Shown here piece by piece: positions 20,136 through 28,379 of a stretch of 63,777 nucleotides of DNA. Each line of letters begins with the position of its first letter. Position 1 is the stretch's first letter. Source of the DNA: Verrucomicrobiota bacterium (GTDB taxonomy: Bacteria; Verrucomicrobiota; Verrucomicrobiia; Limisphaerales; Palsa-1400). The notes beneath the pieces were generated by a model. The model saw nothing but the letters and a program-made list of their open reading frames with translations. It did no database searches and had not been told where the DNA came from. The translations under genes were made by a program, and so were the position numbers. The stretch is taken from NCBI GenBank assembly GCA_049510745.1, contig JBEKYR010000029.1, forward strand, positions 1-63,777, given 5' to 3'.

Positions 20136-20256
20136 TGGACCATTTGAATGGCTACCATTAGCATACTCCCCCGGCAAAATCCAGTGAATTCCCCGGCGGA
20201 CCTTTTGTCGCATGGCTGGTTCACGAAGACCCAAACACTTCTTGCGGCTGGCGCCC

Positions 20257-20319
20257 CGGACGCGCGGCAGCGCGTCCCTACCACCCGAAATCTGGTAGGG
20301 ACGACCTGCCGGTCGTCCG
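20257..20319. repeat. GTAG-type REP pair
   Basis: cggacgcgcggcagcgcgtccctacca and inverted tggtagggacgacctgccggtcgtccg; same family as 62552-62626. Confidence 0.75.
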
Positions 20320-20368
20320 CGGGTTGCCCAAGGGTACGTGAGCCGGCGGATGGCGTGGCGCTGGAGTG

Positions 20369-21415
20369 TCAATCCGTCAGCAATTCGAGCAGGCTGACGC
20401 CGTTGGCGCCCAGTTCCCAGTGGCTGCCTTGGCGCGTGACCAAGCGGCGGCAGGGATTTTTGGTTTCTTCGGCTTCGTTGACCGACAGCAACCGATATTT
20501 CGCCGGGCCTTTCATCTCCGCGGCAGTGCGCGGGATCAACTCGAACGGCAGGCCGTTGAAGTCCAGCGCTATCTCGTAGCCGGCAATTCTCTCGTTGGGG
20601 CCGAAGGTGGCGGGTTTGATCAGCATCGGATAGCGGCGCAGCCAGGAGAAATCGGCCGCCCGTACCTGCACCCGGCAAAGTTCCGGCCGGTGCTGTATCC
20701 AATCCAACAGATTGAAACGCGCCCCCTGGTCGTGCTCGGCCAGCAGGATCAGGCGCGCGTCGATGCCGACGAGGTTCTCGCCGTTGAAATCGCCGTGGTC
20801 GTTGCGTTCGGATGGGAAATGCCGTTTGAACCAGGCGGCGAAATGGTCGCTGTAAAAAAGGTTCAGCTCGAAGTGAACGTGCGCCCGTTCCTTGGAAATG
20901 CGTTCAGCCGTGTTGCTGGTGCGGCCCATGGTGGCGATCCGTTCGCCGGCCCGCACGGATTGCCCGGTCTTCAGGCCGCTTTGCACTTCCGAAAGATGCG
21001 CGTAAAGAGAGTATATTTCCAGGCCGTCGATGCGGTGGCGCAGGACGATGTAACGGCCATAATTGGAGCGGGAAGGGCGGTTGTTGATGTAAACGACGAT
21101 GCCATCGGCGGTGGCCAGAATCGGATCGGACGGCTCGCCGTGGGGGCCGCGTTGGAGGCATTTGATGTCCAGGCCCTCGTGCATTTGCCGGCCGTCGGAG
21201 CGGACGCATCCGAACGTGCCGGAGAGCCAGGTCTTGCCGGGGGTCGGGACGAAATACCGCTCCTCGCCGCCCGGCTCGAAAATGGCGCGATTGGCGGTGG
21301 GCAATTGCAACGGCTGCGCGCCCGCCACGGCGGCGAGTGACAGCGCAAGACCGGGACGGAGAAGCGTCCGCCAAAAAGGCGGGACGCGGGGGATGGAATG
21401 AATCTTCAACTTCAA
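20369..21415 (-). CDS. M23 family metallopeptidase
   Basis: HEGLD (HxxxD), [19 protein letters not shown] (HxH). Confidence 0.9.
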   Translation of the reverse strand: MKLKIHSIPRVPPFWRTLLRPGLALSLAAVAGAQPLQLPTANRAIFEPGGEERYFVPTPGKTWLSGTFGCVRSDGRQMHEGLDIKCLQRGPHGEPSDPILATADGIVVYINNRPSRSNYGRYIVLRHRIDGLEIYSLYAHLSEVQSGLKTGQSVRAGERIATMGRTSNTAERISKERAHVHFELNLFYSDHFAAWFKRHFPSERNDHGDFNGENLVGIDARLILLAEHDQGARFNLLDWIQHRPELCRVQVRAADFSWLRRYPMLIKPATFGPNERIAGYEIALDFNGLPFELIPRTAAEMKGPAKYRLLSVNEAEETKNPCRRLVTRQGSHWELGANGVSLLELLTD

Positions 21416-21434
21416 ACTTTAAACCTTGGCGCAA

Positions 21435-22079
21435 CTAGAACTTGTCGCTCTTTTTGTTTGCGGCGATGACGTTTTTCAGGCCGCGCACAATCCGCGCGCC
21501 TTCCTCGTGAGAGGCGTCCGGCGCGAAACGAAAGATGCCGTTGGCGTTGCGGCCCCGGATCAAGACCGCCGCAAGCCAGGCCGATTGGCGCGGTTCGTTC
21601 GGAGCCGTTGGTTGAGCCTCAGGCGGTTGTTCCTCACCCATGTCGTCGTCGGACGAGTGCGGCTTTCGTTGCGCTTTGGGCGGTTTGTAGCCGGGCTTGG
21701 GGAATTGGGAAAAAACCACGATGTGGCGGCCTTTGTTGGCGGTGGTCGTCATGTCCAGGAGCAACGTGCCGTGCTCGTTAAAAAGCAATTGAATGGCGTA
21801 ACTGCCGTCGGGGCCGGGATCATCGATCAACATGGCCTTGGAGAGGTCGGCTTCGGTCAGGAACGGCTCGCGGTCGATAACCATGGGGAATTGCTGGCGG
21901 GTGACCAGGACCGTGCCGGTGCTGGTGGTGTCGGCCCGGTTCTCCTCCAAATAAAGGCGGATGGTGGACAGTTCCTTCTTGCCATGGATCCCGGCCGATT
22001 TGTCGCCGGCGCAGCCGGAGGCCAGAAAAACCCCGGCCAACGCCAAATAGATGTTGAACCAACGGAACCAACTCTTCAT
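21435..22079 (-). CDS. Lipoprotein with SecD/SecF P1 head-like domain
   Basis: Lipobox LASGC; AIQLLFNEHGTLLLDMTTTANKGRHIVVF..AAVLI..GIFRF..EEGARIVRGL resembles the SecD P1 head. Confidence 0.6.
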   Translation of the reverse strand: MKSWFRWFNIYLALAGVFLASGCAGDKSAGIHGKKELSTIRLYLEENRADTTSTGTVLVTRQQFPMVIDREPFLTEADLSKAMLIDDPGPDGSYAIQLLFNEHGTLLLDMTTTANKGRHIVVFSQFPKPGYKPPKAQRKPHSSDDDMGEEQPPEAQPTAPNEPRQSAWLAAVLIRGRNANGIFRFAPDASHEEGARIVRGLKNVIAANKKSDKF

Positions 22080-22124
22080 ATTGCGCGGATAAACAAACGC
22101 AATTCGCAAGCGATGTAAAGAATT

Positions 22125-22280
22125 ATGGGCAGACAAACCAATAAAGTTGAAAAGCGCCAGCGCCGCCTCGCCTACATCAAACGCAAAAAAGCCGCCGGCA
22201 GGAAAAAGCCCGCCCCGGCGCCAGCCCCGGCCCCCGCCCCCGCCCCCGCGCCTGCGCCCGCGCCTGCGCCCGCGGCGTGA
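22125..22280 (+). CDS. Small basic protein (51 aa) with (PA)11 tail
   Basis: Own translation MGRQTNKVEKRQRRLAYIKRKKAAGRKK(PA)11A*; below ORF-track cutoff; the PA repeat uses varied synonymous codons. Confidence 0.7.
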   Translation: MGRQTNKVEKRQRRLAYIKRKKAAGRKKPAPAPAPAPAPAPAPAPAPAPAA

Positions 22281-22384
22281 GAAAGGAATCGGGGAATGAG
22301 CGAAGCAAGGAATGGGCGCGGTTTTTGTGTCAATACTAATCTATCCCGGCCCGGCGTTTTTTCTCCGCGGGGGCGGGCGAAAAC

Positions 22385-22527
22385 TTATCCACCGGGGGCG
22401 GCAGCGGAGCGGCATGCCGGGGCGCGGACGGCTCGGGAAAACGCGCCAAAGGCGCGCCAGCATTGAGTTTTTTCGGGTTTTCGGGTTGTGAATAAAATGG
22501 AGCGGCGGTGAATAACCCTGTGGACAA
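22385..22527. promoter_or_regulatory. Cluster of four DnaA-box-like 9-mers
   Basis: TTATCCACC 22385-93, TGTGAATAA 22487-95 (exact TTATNCACA on -), GGTGAATAA 22507-15, TGTGGACAA 22519-27. Confidence 0.6.
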
Positions 22528-22553
22528 CATTTCGTAGGCAAGATACAAAACTC

Positions 22554-22562
22554 TGCTATTAT
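22554..22562 (+). promoter_or_regulatory. Extended -10 promoter for the candidate ncRNA
   Basis: TGcTATTAT (TGn-TATAAT with one mismatch), just upstream of the structured region. Confidence 0.5.
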
Positions 22563-22569
22563 CTGAACA

Positions 22570-23397
22570 GTTCATTGAAAGAGCTGGGATGCAGGCGGCG
22601 GACGCAAGAAAGTCGCCGGTGTTCCAAGGATAATCCCAGGTGACTGGGGAAAGGCTGGGTCAGGCTGGTTGGCTCAACCCCTCTAAGTCCGCTTCGCAAG
22701 AGGCGGAGACCGGAGGCAGGATTCACCAGTTCCTCTGGCGGCGCTCGCACGCTGTCAGTGACGCGAAGCAGGAACTGAGCGGCAAGGACGAAAAAGAAAC
22801 CGTTCTGAGCCGAGTCAAGTAGTTCAAGCCGGTTTCAGGCTTGAGCGAATCGCAGTTACCCAGAGGGTAAACGGTTGCTACTGTGCATCAGCACGGGTCG
22901 GGTGACTCTGGCGGTCTTGGCAACAAGGCCGGCCCAAAGAAAGACGCTGAAAGGCGGGACAAAGTGAGCACTCGGACCGGGAAGGAAACACAGCCTGGGC
23001 AGGGCTTGTAAAACCCTTCCAAGACGCCGGCGATGTCTAAAAACGCACCGCTGGCTTGTGATACAAGGCAACCTGAGAGATAAGAGGCCAGACCCGTGGC
23101 ACTGGGCCAACGCATCGCCAAAAGCGATGGCCGTCCCAGAGCAAACTGGTGAAGACGCGGATCGAAAGTCGCAAACGTGTCTTGACCTGGTTCGTAAGCC
23201 GGCGCTGCAAACGCCAGCTCAAGCGAGCTAAGAGGCCTCACTCAATAATTCAGTGACCGCAAGGCGCTGGACGGCCCTGCTATGAGGCCGAAAATTCCGC
23301 TTGCCGTGGAGAATGGCGTCGGGAAGCTGGCAGCCCCGCAAGGGTGCGCCTAATGTCAGCATGGGAAAGAGAGAGTGGCGAACTCCCAGCCCCCAAT
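22570..23397 (+). ncRNA. Candidate large structured non-coding RNA (about 820 nt), family unassigned
   Basis: No credible ORF; terminal helix 22583-89/23384-90; nested long-range helices; multiple GNRA-capped hairpins with G-U pairs on the + strand; promoter before, terminator after. Confidence 0.75.
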
Positions 23398-23399
23398 TT

Positions 23400-23442
23400 G
23401 CCTCCGTCTGGTCGCAAGACCGGGCGGGGGCTTTTTGTTTTT
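23400..23442 (+). terminator. Intrinsic terminator
   Basis: GCCTCCGTCTGGTC-GCAA-GACCGGGCGGGGGC followed by TTTTTGTTTTT. Confidence 0.85.
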
Positions 23443-23486
23443 CCAATCCGGCCTCTCCCGCTTCGAGCGCAAGAGCAACAGATGCG

Positions 23487-23984
23487 TTATTGCGCGTCCG
23501 CCGCGGCGCGGCAGCGCTCGGCCACCCAGGCGAGGTCTTTCAAAAACTGCTCCCGCTTCCGGTCCGGCCACTCCGCCAGCACTTCGGTTTGCAGGGCGAG
23601 GGCGATATGCCGGGCCGACTCGAATTGCTCCCGCCCCGCCGGCAAAAGGCGAAGCCGGTAGGCCCGCCGGTCCCGCTCGTGCCGCACCCGCGCCATCCAG
23701 CCCAGGCTCTCCATTCGTTCGACCAGCGCGGCAATCGTATTGGGATCGCTGGCAATCAGGTGGGCCAAATCACTCTGCGTCAATCCTTCGGGCTCGTGTT
23801 CCGCCAGGGTGCGCAAGGCGGTGAATTGGTCGGGAGTGATCCCGGTGTGCGCCAGGCGCCGCCGAAATGTCTGGTTGAGGCTGAACCAGGCATGGCGCAG
23901 CAAAATGGGCAGGCGGCGTCGGCCTGGGGCATCGATGGGCGGGGGGCGGGTGGCGGGTTTCGGGGGCGATGGGGGGCGGGCCAT
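23487..23984 (-). CDS. MarR family transcriptional regulator
   Basis: GITPDQFTAL, LTQSDLA, PNTIAALVERME, DRRAYRLRL..GR; divergent from the PQQ operon. Confidence 0.92.
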   Translation of the reverse strand: MARPPSPPKPATRPPPIDAPGRRRLPILLRHAWFSLNQTFRRRLAHTGITPDQFTALRTLAEHEPEGLTQSDLAHLIASDPNTIAALVERMESLGWMARVRHERDRRAYRLRLLPAGREQFESARHIALALQTEVLAEWPDRKREQFLKDLAWVAERCRAAADAQ

Positions 23985-23992
23985 GAGATCAA

Positions 23993-24014
23993 AATAGTAC
24001 GTGTAAGTATTATT
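23993..24014. promoter_or_regulatory. Putative MarR operator
   Basis: AATAGTAC-N6-GTATTATT imperfect palindrome in the AT-rich divergent intergenic region. Confidence 0.5.
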
Positions 24015-24145
24015 CCAGTTGCATTCCGGGCAAAGATGTAGAATAATTATCCTCATCTTGGAAGACAATTATCGCCCGTCCGGTTCGGGCGCCGGTTGCC
24101 GCCAGGTTCGTTGTCTGGAAATTTGGTCACTTGCGTTGATACGAT

Positions 24146-26473
24146 ATGAAATTGGGAACTGCCGCTGCCCTGTGCCTTCTCGGTTTTTGCCTTTCGGTCC
24201 CTCATCTGGCGGCCGCCCCGACGGGGTGGTTCAACTGGCGCGGCCCAAACCAGAACGGCACCTCGGCGGAAACAAACCTCCCGGCCACGCTCGACGCCGC
24301 CCATCCGTTGTGGACGGCGGATTTTCCCGGTCTTTCCACGGCGGTGGCCTGCAACGGGCGCGTTTATATCATGGGCTACCTGGGCCAGGGGCCGGATTTG
24401 TCGGAAGGGGTGGCTTGTTTCGAGGCCGAAACGGGCCGGAAGCTCTGGCAGAAGCTCTACCTCGATTTTCTTAGTGACACGATCTACCTGCGGTATTCGA
24501 CCTCCAGTCCGACAATTGACCCCGAGACGGGCCATGTTTATATCCAGGACACGCAAGGCATCCTGGCCGGTTTCACCGCCGACGGCCAGCCGCTTTGGGA
24601 ACATTCGCTGATGGAGGAGTACGGCCGCCTGACTTTCCCCAATGGCCGCACCGCCTCGCCGGTGGTCGATCGGGATTTGGTCATCACCCGGGGCATCACG
24701 GCCAATTGGGGCGCGCAAGGCCCCGCCGCCGACCGCTTTTACGCCTTCGACAAAAACACCGGCGAAGCCGTCTGGTCCTCGACTCCCGGCGGGCGGCCCA
24801 AGGACAATTCCTATTCGCACCCCGTCCTGGGCTGGCTGGATGGGAAGCGGGTTTTTTACGCGGCCACCGGCGACGGCTCGGTCGTGTGCGTCAACGCGCG
24901 CACCGGGCAGCCGATTTTTCAAATTCCAATTTTCAAGGCCGGCATCAACTCGTCGCTGCTGCTGCATAACAACGACGAAATCATCGCCATTTATGGCACC
25001 CCTTACGAACCGGGCCAGATGGTCGGCCTGAAAATCCCCCGCGTCACCCCCGCCAACGCCGCCGACCCGGTGATCGTGCCCCGCTCCGAGGTGGAACTCT
25101 GGGACAACGAAATACGCACCTCCGCCAGTTCGCCCATCCTCGTCGGCGACCGCGTTTATGTGACCAGCGAAATCGGCTACCTGGTCGCGGTGGACGCGCT
25201 CAACGGAAAACTGCTCTGGCGCTTGAAGCTGGGCATCGAGCAGCGCAATTCCTGCCCGCTTTACGCCGACGGCAAAATTTACGCGCCCATCCTCAACGAT
25301 CCCGGCGCCTCCGCCGCGGTGGGTGAAGAAAGCGCCGAAGGCGGCCACGGCGCGCTCTACGTCATCGCGCCGGGCGACAATGAGGGAAAAATCCTCTCGC
25401 ACACCATGCTGGACGGGCGCTGCTACGGAACTCCCACCGCCTACAACGGCCGCATCTACATGCAGACAACCAAAAAGCTCTATTGCTTCGGCCCCAGCGC
25501 GCCCGCTTCCGCCTCTTTTGAAACCGCCGACGCCGCGCCGGACGACAAATGGCCGGAGCCTGGCCCGGCCAAAAGTTTGCAGGCGGTTCCCTCCGAGTTG
25601 TTGCTGCAACCGGGCGGCACGAGGTCGTTTCACGTGCGCGCGCTCGACGCCAACGGTTTGACCGTGCGCGCCATTGATGACCCGAAGTCGATCCAATGGG
25701 CCTCCTTCATTCCGCCGACGGCGAAGGTCAAAGCGACGATGAAAGCCTCGTTCAACGCCGACGGCCAATTGGTGGCCGCACCGGACAAAACGCCTTCGGC
25801 CGGCGCCTTCGAGGCCAAAGTGGGCGACCTCAAAGGGTACATCCGCGGCCGCGTGCTGCCGGGGTTGCCGATCCTGGAGGATTTCGAGGGCGTCGCCCTG
25901 ACGGAAACGACCACCAATTCCACCGAGCCGCCCGCGAGATTCGCCTATCCGCCGCTGCCCTGGATCGGGGCGCGCTTCAAATTCGAGGTGCGGGAAAAGG
26001 ACGGGAACAAATGTCTTGTCAAGACGATTGACAACCCCCTCTTCCAGCGCGCCACCGTTTTCCTGGGCACGCCGGATTTGAAGAATTACACCATCGCGGC
26101 CGACGTGATGAGCGACGGCAACAAGCGCAAGATGTCCACGGTCGGCGTCATCAACCAGCGCTACCGGATTGTGCTCAAAGGCAACGAACAGGTCCTGGAA
26201 ACGACCTCCAACGAGGAATTGCTCCGCGCCCAGACGCCCTTCCACTGGGAGCCAAACGCCTGGTACGTCTTGAAGGCGCGGGTGGACGTGGCGCCGGACG
26301 GCTCCGGCGTGATCCGGGCCAAGGCTTGGAAGAAAACCGAGCCGGAGCCGGCGGCCTGGACGAGCGAATTGCCCGTGGCCCACGCCAACGCCAGCGGCTG
26401 TCCCGGTCTGTTCGGATTCTCCCCGCAGAATATGCGAGTTTATATTGACAACGTCGCCGTCACGGCGAACTGA
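24146..26473 (+). CDS. Secreted PQQ-like (BamB-like) beta-propeller protein with C-terminal beta-sandwich
   Basis: Signal peptide, WFNWRGPNQNG, repeated SSP/xxxG..LW motifs. Confidence 0.8.
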   Translation: MKLGTAAALCLLGFCLSVPHLAAAPTGWFNWRGPNQNGTSAETNLPATLDAAHPLWTADFPGLSTAVACNGRVYIMGYLGQGPDLSEGVACFEAETGRKLWQKLYLDFLSDTIYLRYSTSSPTIDPETGHVYIQDTQGILAGFTADGQPLWEHSLMEEYGRLTFPNGRTASPVVDRDLVITRGITANWGAQGPAADRFYAFDKNTGEAVWSSTPGGRPKDNSYSHPVLGWLDGKRVFYAATGDGSVVCVNARTGQPIFQIPIFKAGINSSLLLHNNDEIIAIYGTPYEPGQMVGLKIPRVTPANAADPVIVPRSEVELWDNEIRTSASSPILVGDRVYVTSEIGYLVAVDALNGKLLWRLKLGIEQRNSCPLYADGKIYAPILNDPGASAAVGEESAEGGHGALYVIAPGDNEGKILSHTMLDGRCYGTPTAYNGRIYMQTTKKLYCFGPSAPASASFETADAAPDDKWPEPGPAKSLQAVPSELLLQPGGTRSFHVRALDANGLTVRAIDDPKSIQWASFIPPTAKVKATMKASFNADGQLVAAPDKTPSAGAFEAKVGDLKGYIRGRVLPGLPILEDFEGVALTETTTNSTEPPARFAYPPLPWIGARFKFEVREKDGNKCLVKTIDNPLFQRATVFLGTPDLKNYTIAADVMSDGNKRKMSTVGVINQRYRIVLKGNEQVLETTSNEELLRAQTPFHWEPNAWYVLKARVDVAPDGSGVIRAKAWKKTEPEPAAWTSELPVAHANASGCPGLFGFSPQNMRVYIDNVAVTAN

Positions 26474-26493
26474 AGCCCTCCTCGATTACGACC

Positions 26494-28170
26494 ATGAAAA
26501 ATCTCTCCGCTTTCACCGCCGCGCTGCTCGCCGGCGGGTTGACCGCCCAGGCCGCCGACTGGCCCCGCTGGGGCGGACCGGACCCGGGACGCGACATGTA
26601 TTCGACCGAGACCGGCCTGCCCGACCACTTCACCGCCACGACCAATGGCCACGTCGAATTGAAGCCGGGCGGCGACGAAGTCGATTTGAGCAGCGTGCCC
26701 AACGCCAAGTGGGCCGCCAAAGTCGGCTCGCAAAGCTACGGCAACGTCGTCGTCGCCGGCGGCAAGGTCTTCATCGGCACCAACAATGAAAACCCGCGCG
26801 ATCCGCAGCACCAGGGCGACCGCAGCATCCTGATGTGTTTCGATGAAAAGACCGGCGCGTTCCTCTGGCAATTGGTCGTCCCCAAGCTCGCTTCGGGCAA
26901 GGTCAACGACTGGGAAAACCTCGGCTTGCTCTCCTCGCCCTGCGTGGAAGGCAACCGCGTTTACCTGGTGACCAGCCGCTGTGAAGTGATGTGCCTGGAC
27001 ACCGAGGGCATGGCCAACGGCAACCAAGGCCCCTTCCTGGACGAAGCCCAATATGTGGCCGGCCCCGGCAATCCCCCGGCGAAAATCGGCCCGCATGACG
27101 CCGACATCATCTGGAAGTACGACATGATGGATGAGTTGGGCGTCTTCCCGCACAACGCCTCCAATTGCTCGCTGCTCATCGTCGGCGACTTGGTTTACGC
27201 CTGCACCTCCAACGGCCAGGACTGGACGCACGTCAACATCCCCTCCCCCAATTCCCCCAGCCTCATCGCTGTCAATAAGATCACCGGAAAACTCGCGGGC
27301 GAGGACAACGCCGGCATCGGCCCGCGCATTTTTCACGGCCAATGGAGTTCCCCCTCCATGGGCGTGGTCAACGGGCGCGCCTTGATTTTCTTCGGCGGCG
27401 GCGACGGCGTCTGTTATGCCTTCGACGCTCAGCCCCAAAAAGGCACGGGTGCCCCCATCGTCCCGGTCGTGCCCGGCCCGCCCATCAACCGCGTGGAGGA
27501 CACTGATACCTATTACCTGAAAAAGGTCTGGTGGTTCGATTGCAATCCGCCGGAGCGCCGCGTCCACGACGAGGCCCACAAATATCCCGCGCCCGACGGC
27601 CCCAGCGAAATCAACGCCACCCCCGTTTTCTGGAACAACCGCGTCTATGTCGCCGTCGGCCAGGACCCCGAACACGGCGAAGGCGTCGGCATCCTCAATT
27701 GCATTGACCCCACCAAAACTGGCGACATTACCAAGACGGGCAAAATCTGGAGCTACGAGAAGATTCACCGCAGCCTCTCGACCGTGTCCATCACCCCCGA
27801 CGGCCTGATGTTTGTCGGCGACTTTTCCGGGTTTCTCCATTGCCTGGACGCCTACACGGGCAGGGAGTATTGGACGCATGATCTGAAAGCGCACATGTGG
27901 GGATCGACCCTGGTGGCGGACGGCAAGGTCTATTGCGGCGATGAAGACGGGGATTTCTTCGTTTTCGCCGCGAGCAAGGAAAAGAAAATCATCAGCCAGA
28001 CCAATCTGGGCGGGCCGATCTATTCGACGCCCGTGGCGGCCAACGGCGTGCTCTACGTCCATTCCAACACCCACCTTTTCGCCTTTTACGATTCGGAGCA
28101 CAAGCGGATGGCGGGCGACGTCAAACCCAAACTCGAGATCGACTTGAACAAACCGAACGGCGACAAATGA
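26494..28170 (+). CDS. Secreted PQQ-like beta-propeller protein
   Basis: AQA-ADWPRWGG, FDEKTGAFLWQL, STLVADGKVY, STPVAANGVLYV. Confidence 0.8.
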   Translation: MKNLSAFTAALLAGGLTAQAADWPRWGGPDPGRDMYSTETGLPDHFTATTNGHVELKPGGDEVDLSSVPNAKWAAKVGSQSYGNVVVAGGKVFIGTNNENPRDPQHQGDRSILMCFDEKTGAFLWQLVVPKLASGKVNDWENLGLLSSPCVEGNRVYLVTSRCEVMCLDTEGMANGNQGPFLDEAQYVAGPGNPPAKIGPHDADIIWKYDMMDELGVFPHNASNCSLLIVGDLVYACTSNGQDWTHVNIPSPNSPSLIAVNKITGKLAGEDNAGIGPRIFHGQWSSPSMGVVNGRALIFFGGGDGVCYAFDAQPQKGTGAPIVPVVPGPPINRVEDTDTYYLKKVWWFDCNPPERRVHDEAHKYPAPDGPSEINATPVFWNNRVYVAVGQDPEHGEGVGILNCIDPTKTGDITKTGKIWSYEKIHRSLSTVSITPDGLMFVGDFSGFLHCLDAYTGREYWTHDLKAHMWGSTLVADGKVYCGDEDGDFFVFAASKEKKIISQTNLGGPIYSTPVAANGVLYVHSNTHLFAFYDSEHKRMAGDVKPKLEIDLNKPNGDK

Positions 28171-28379
28171 TGAAAAAACTCCTGTTGTTTCTTTTGATCC
28201 TGGCGATTTATCTGGCGCACCAGGACAGTTGGAATTGGGCGAAATCGGACCCGCTGCTTTTCGGGTTTCTACCCGTCGGCCTGGCGTATCACGCGGCCTA
28301 TTCCATCTTGGCCGCGGCGATGATGGCGGTGTTGGTGGCACTCGCCTGGCCCAAGCACCTGGAGGAACAGGAAAAGTGA
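28167..28379 (+). CDS. DUF3311-like small membrane partner of solute symporter
   Basis: HQDSWNW..LLFGFLPVGLAYH; directly precedes and overlaps the SSS gene. Confidence 0.75.
   Translation: MMKKLLLFLLILAIYLAHQDSWNWAKSDPLLFGFLPVGLAYHAAYSILAAAMMAVLVALAWPKHLEEQEK

Noticed and set aside
19233..20702. 489-aa version of the pilin-like ORF
   Set aside because: The extension overlaps the M23 gene and a REP pair; the prepilin site supports a start near 20135.
22570..23397. RNase P RNA, group I or group II intron as identity of the structured region
   Set aside because: GAAAGUC near 22608 lacks the RNase P GAGGAAAGUCC/ACAGAA..CGGCUUA pair and the length is about double. The hairpin near 23152-23184 lacks the group II domain V AGC/CGC triad context, there is no group I P7 core, and no interrupted gene.
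22336..23446. Short ORFs of 60-117 aa in the ncRNA gap
   Set aside because: No recognisable motifs, atypical composition, mutually overlapping; RNA structure explains the region better.
24146..28170. True PQQ-dependent dehydrogenases or BamB
   Set aside because: Only the propeller repeat pattern is visible; no clear quinoprotein catalytic motifs, no pqq genes, and multiple paralogs argue against BamB.
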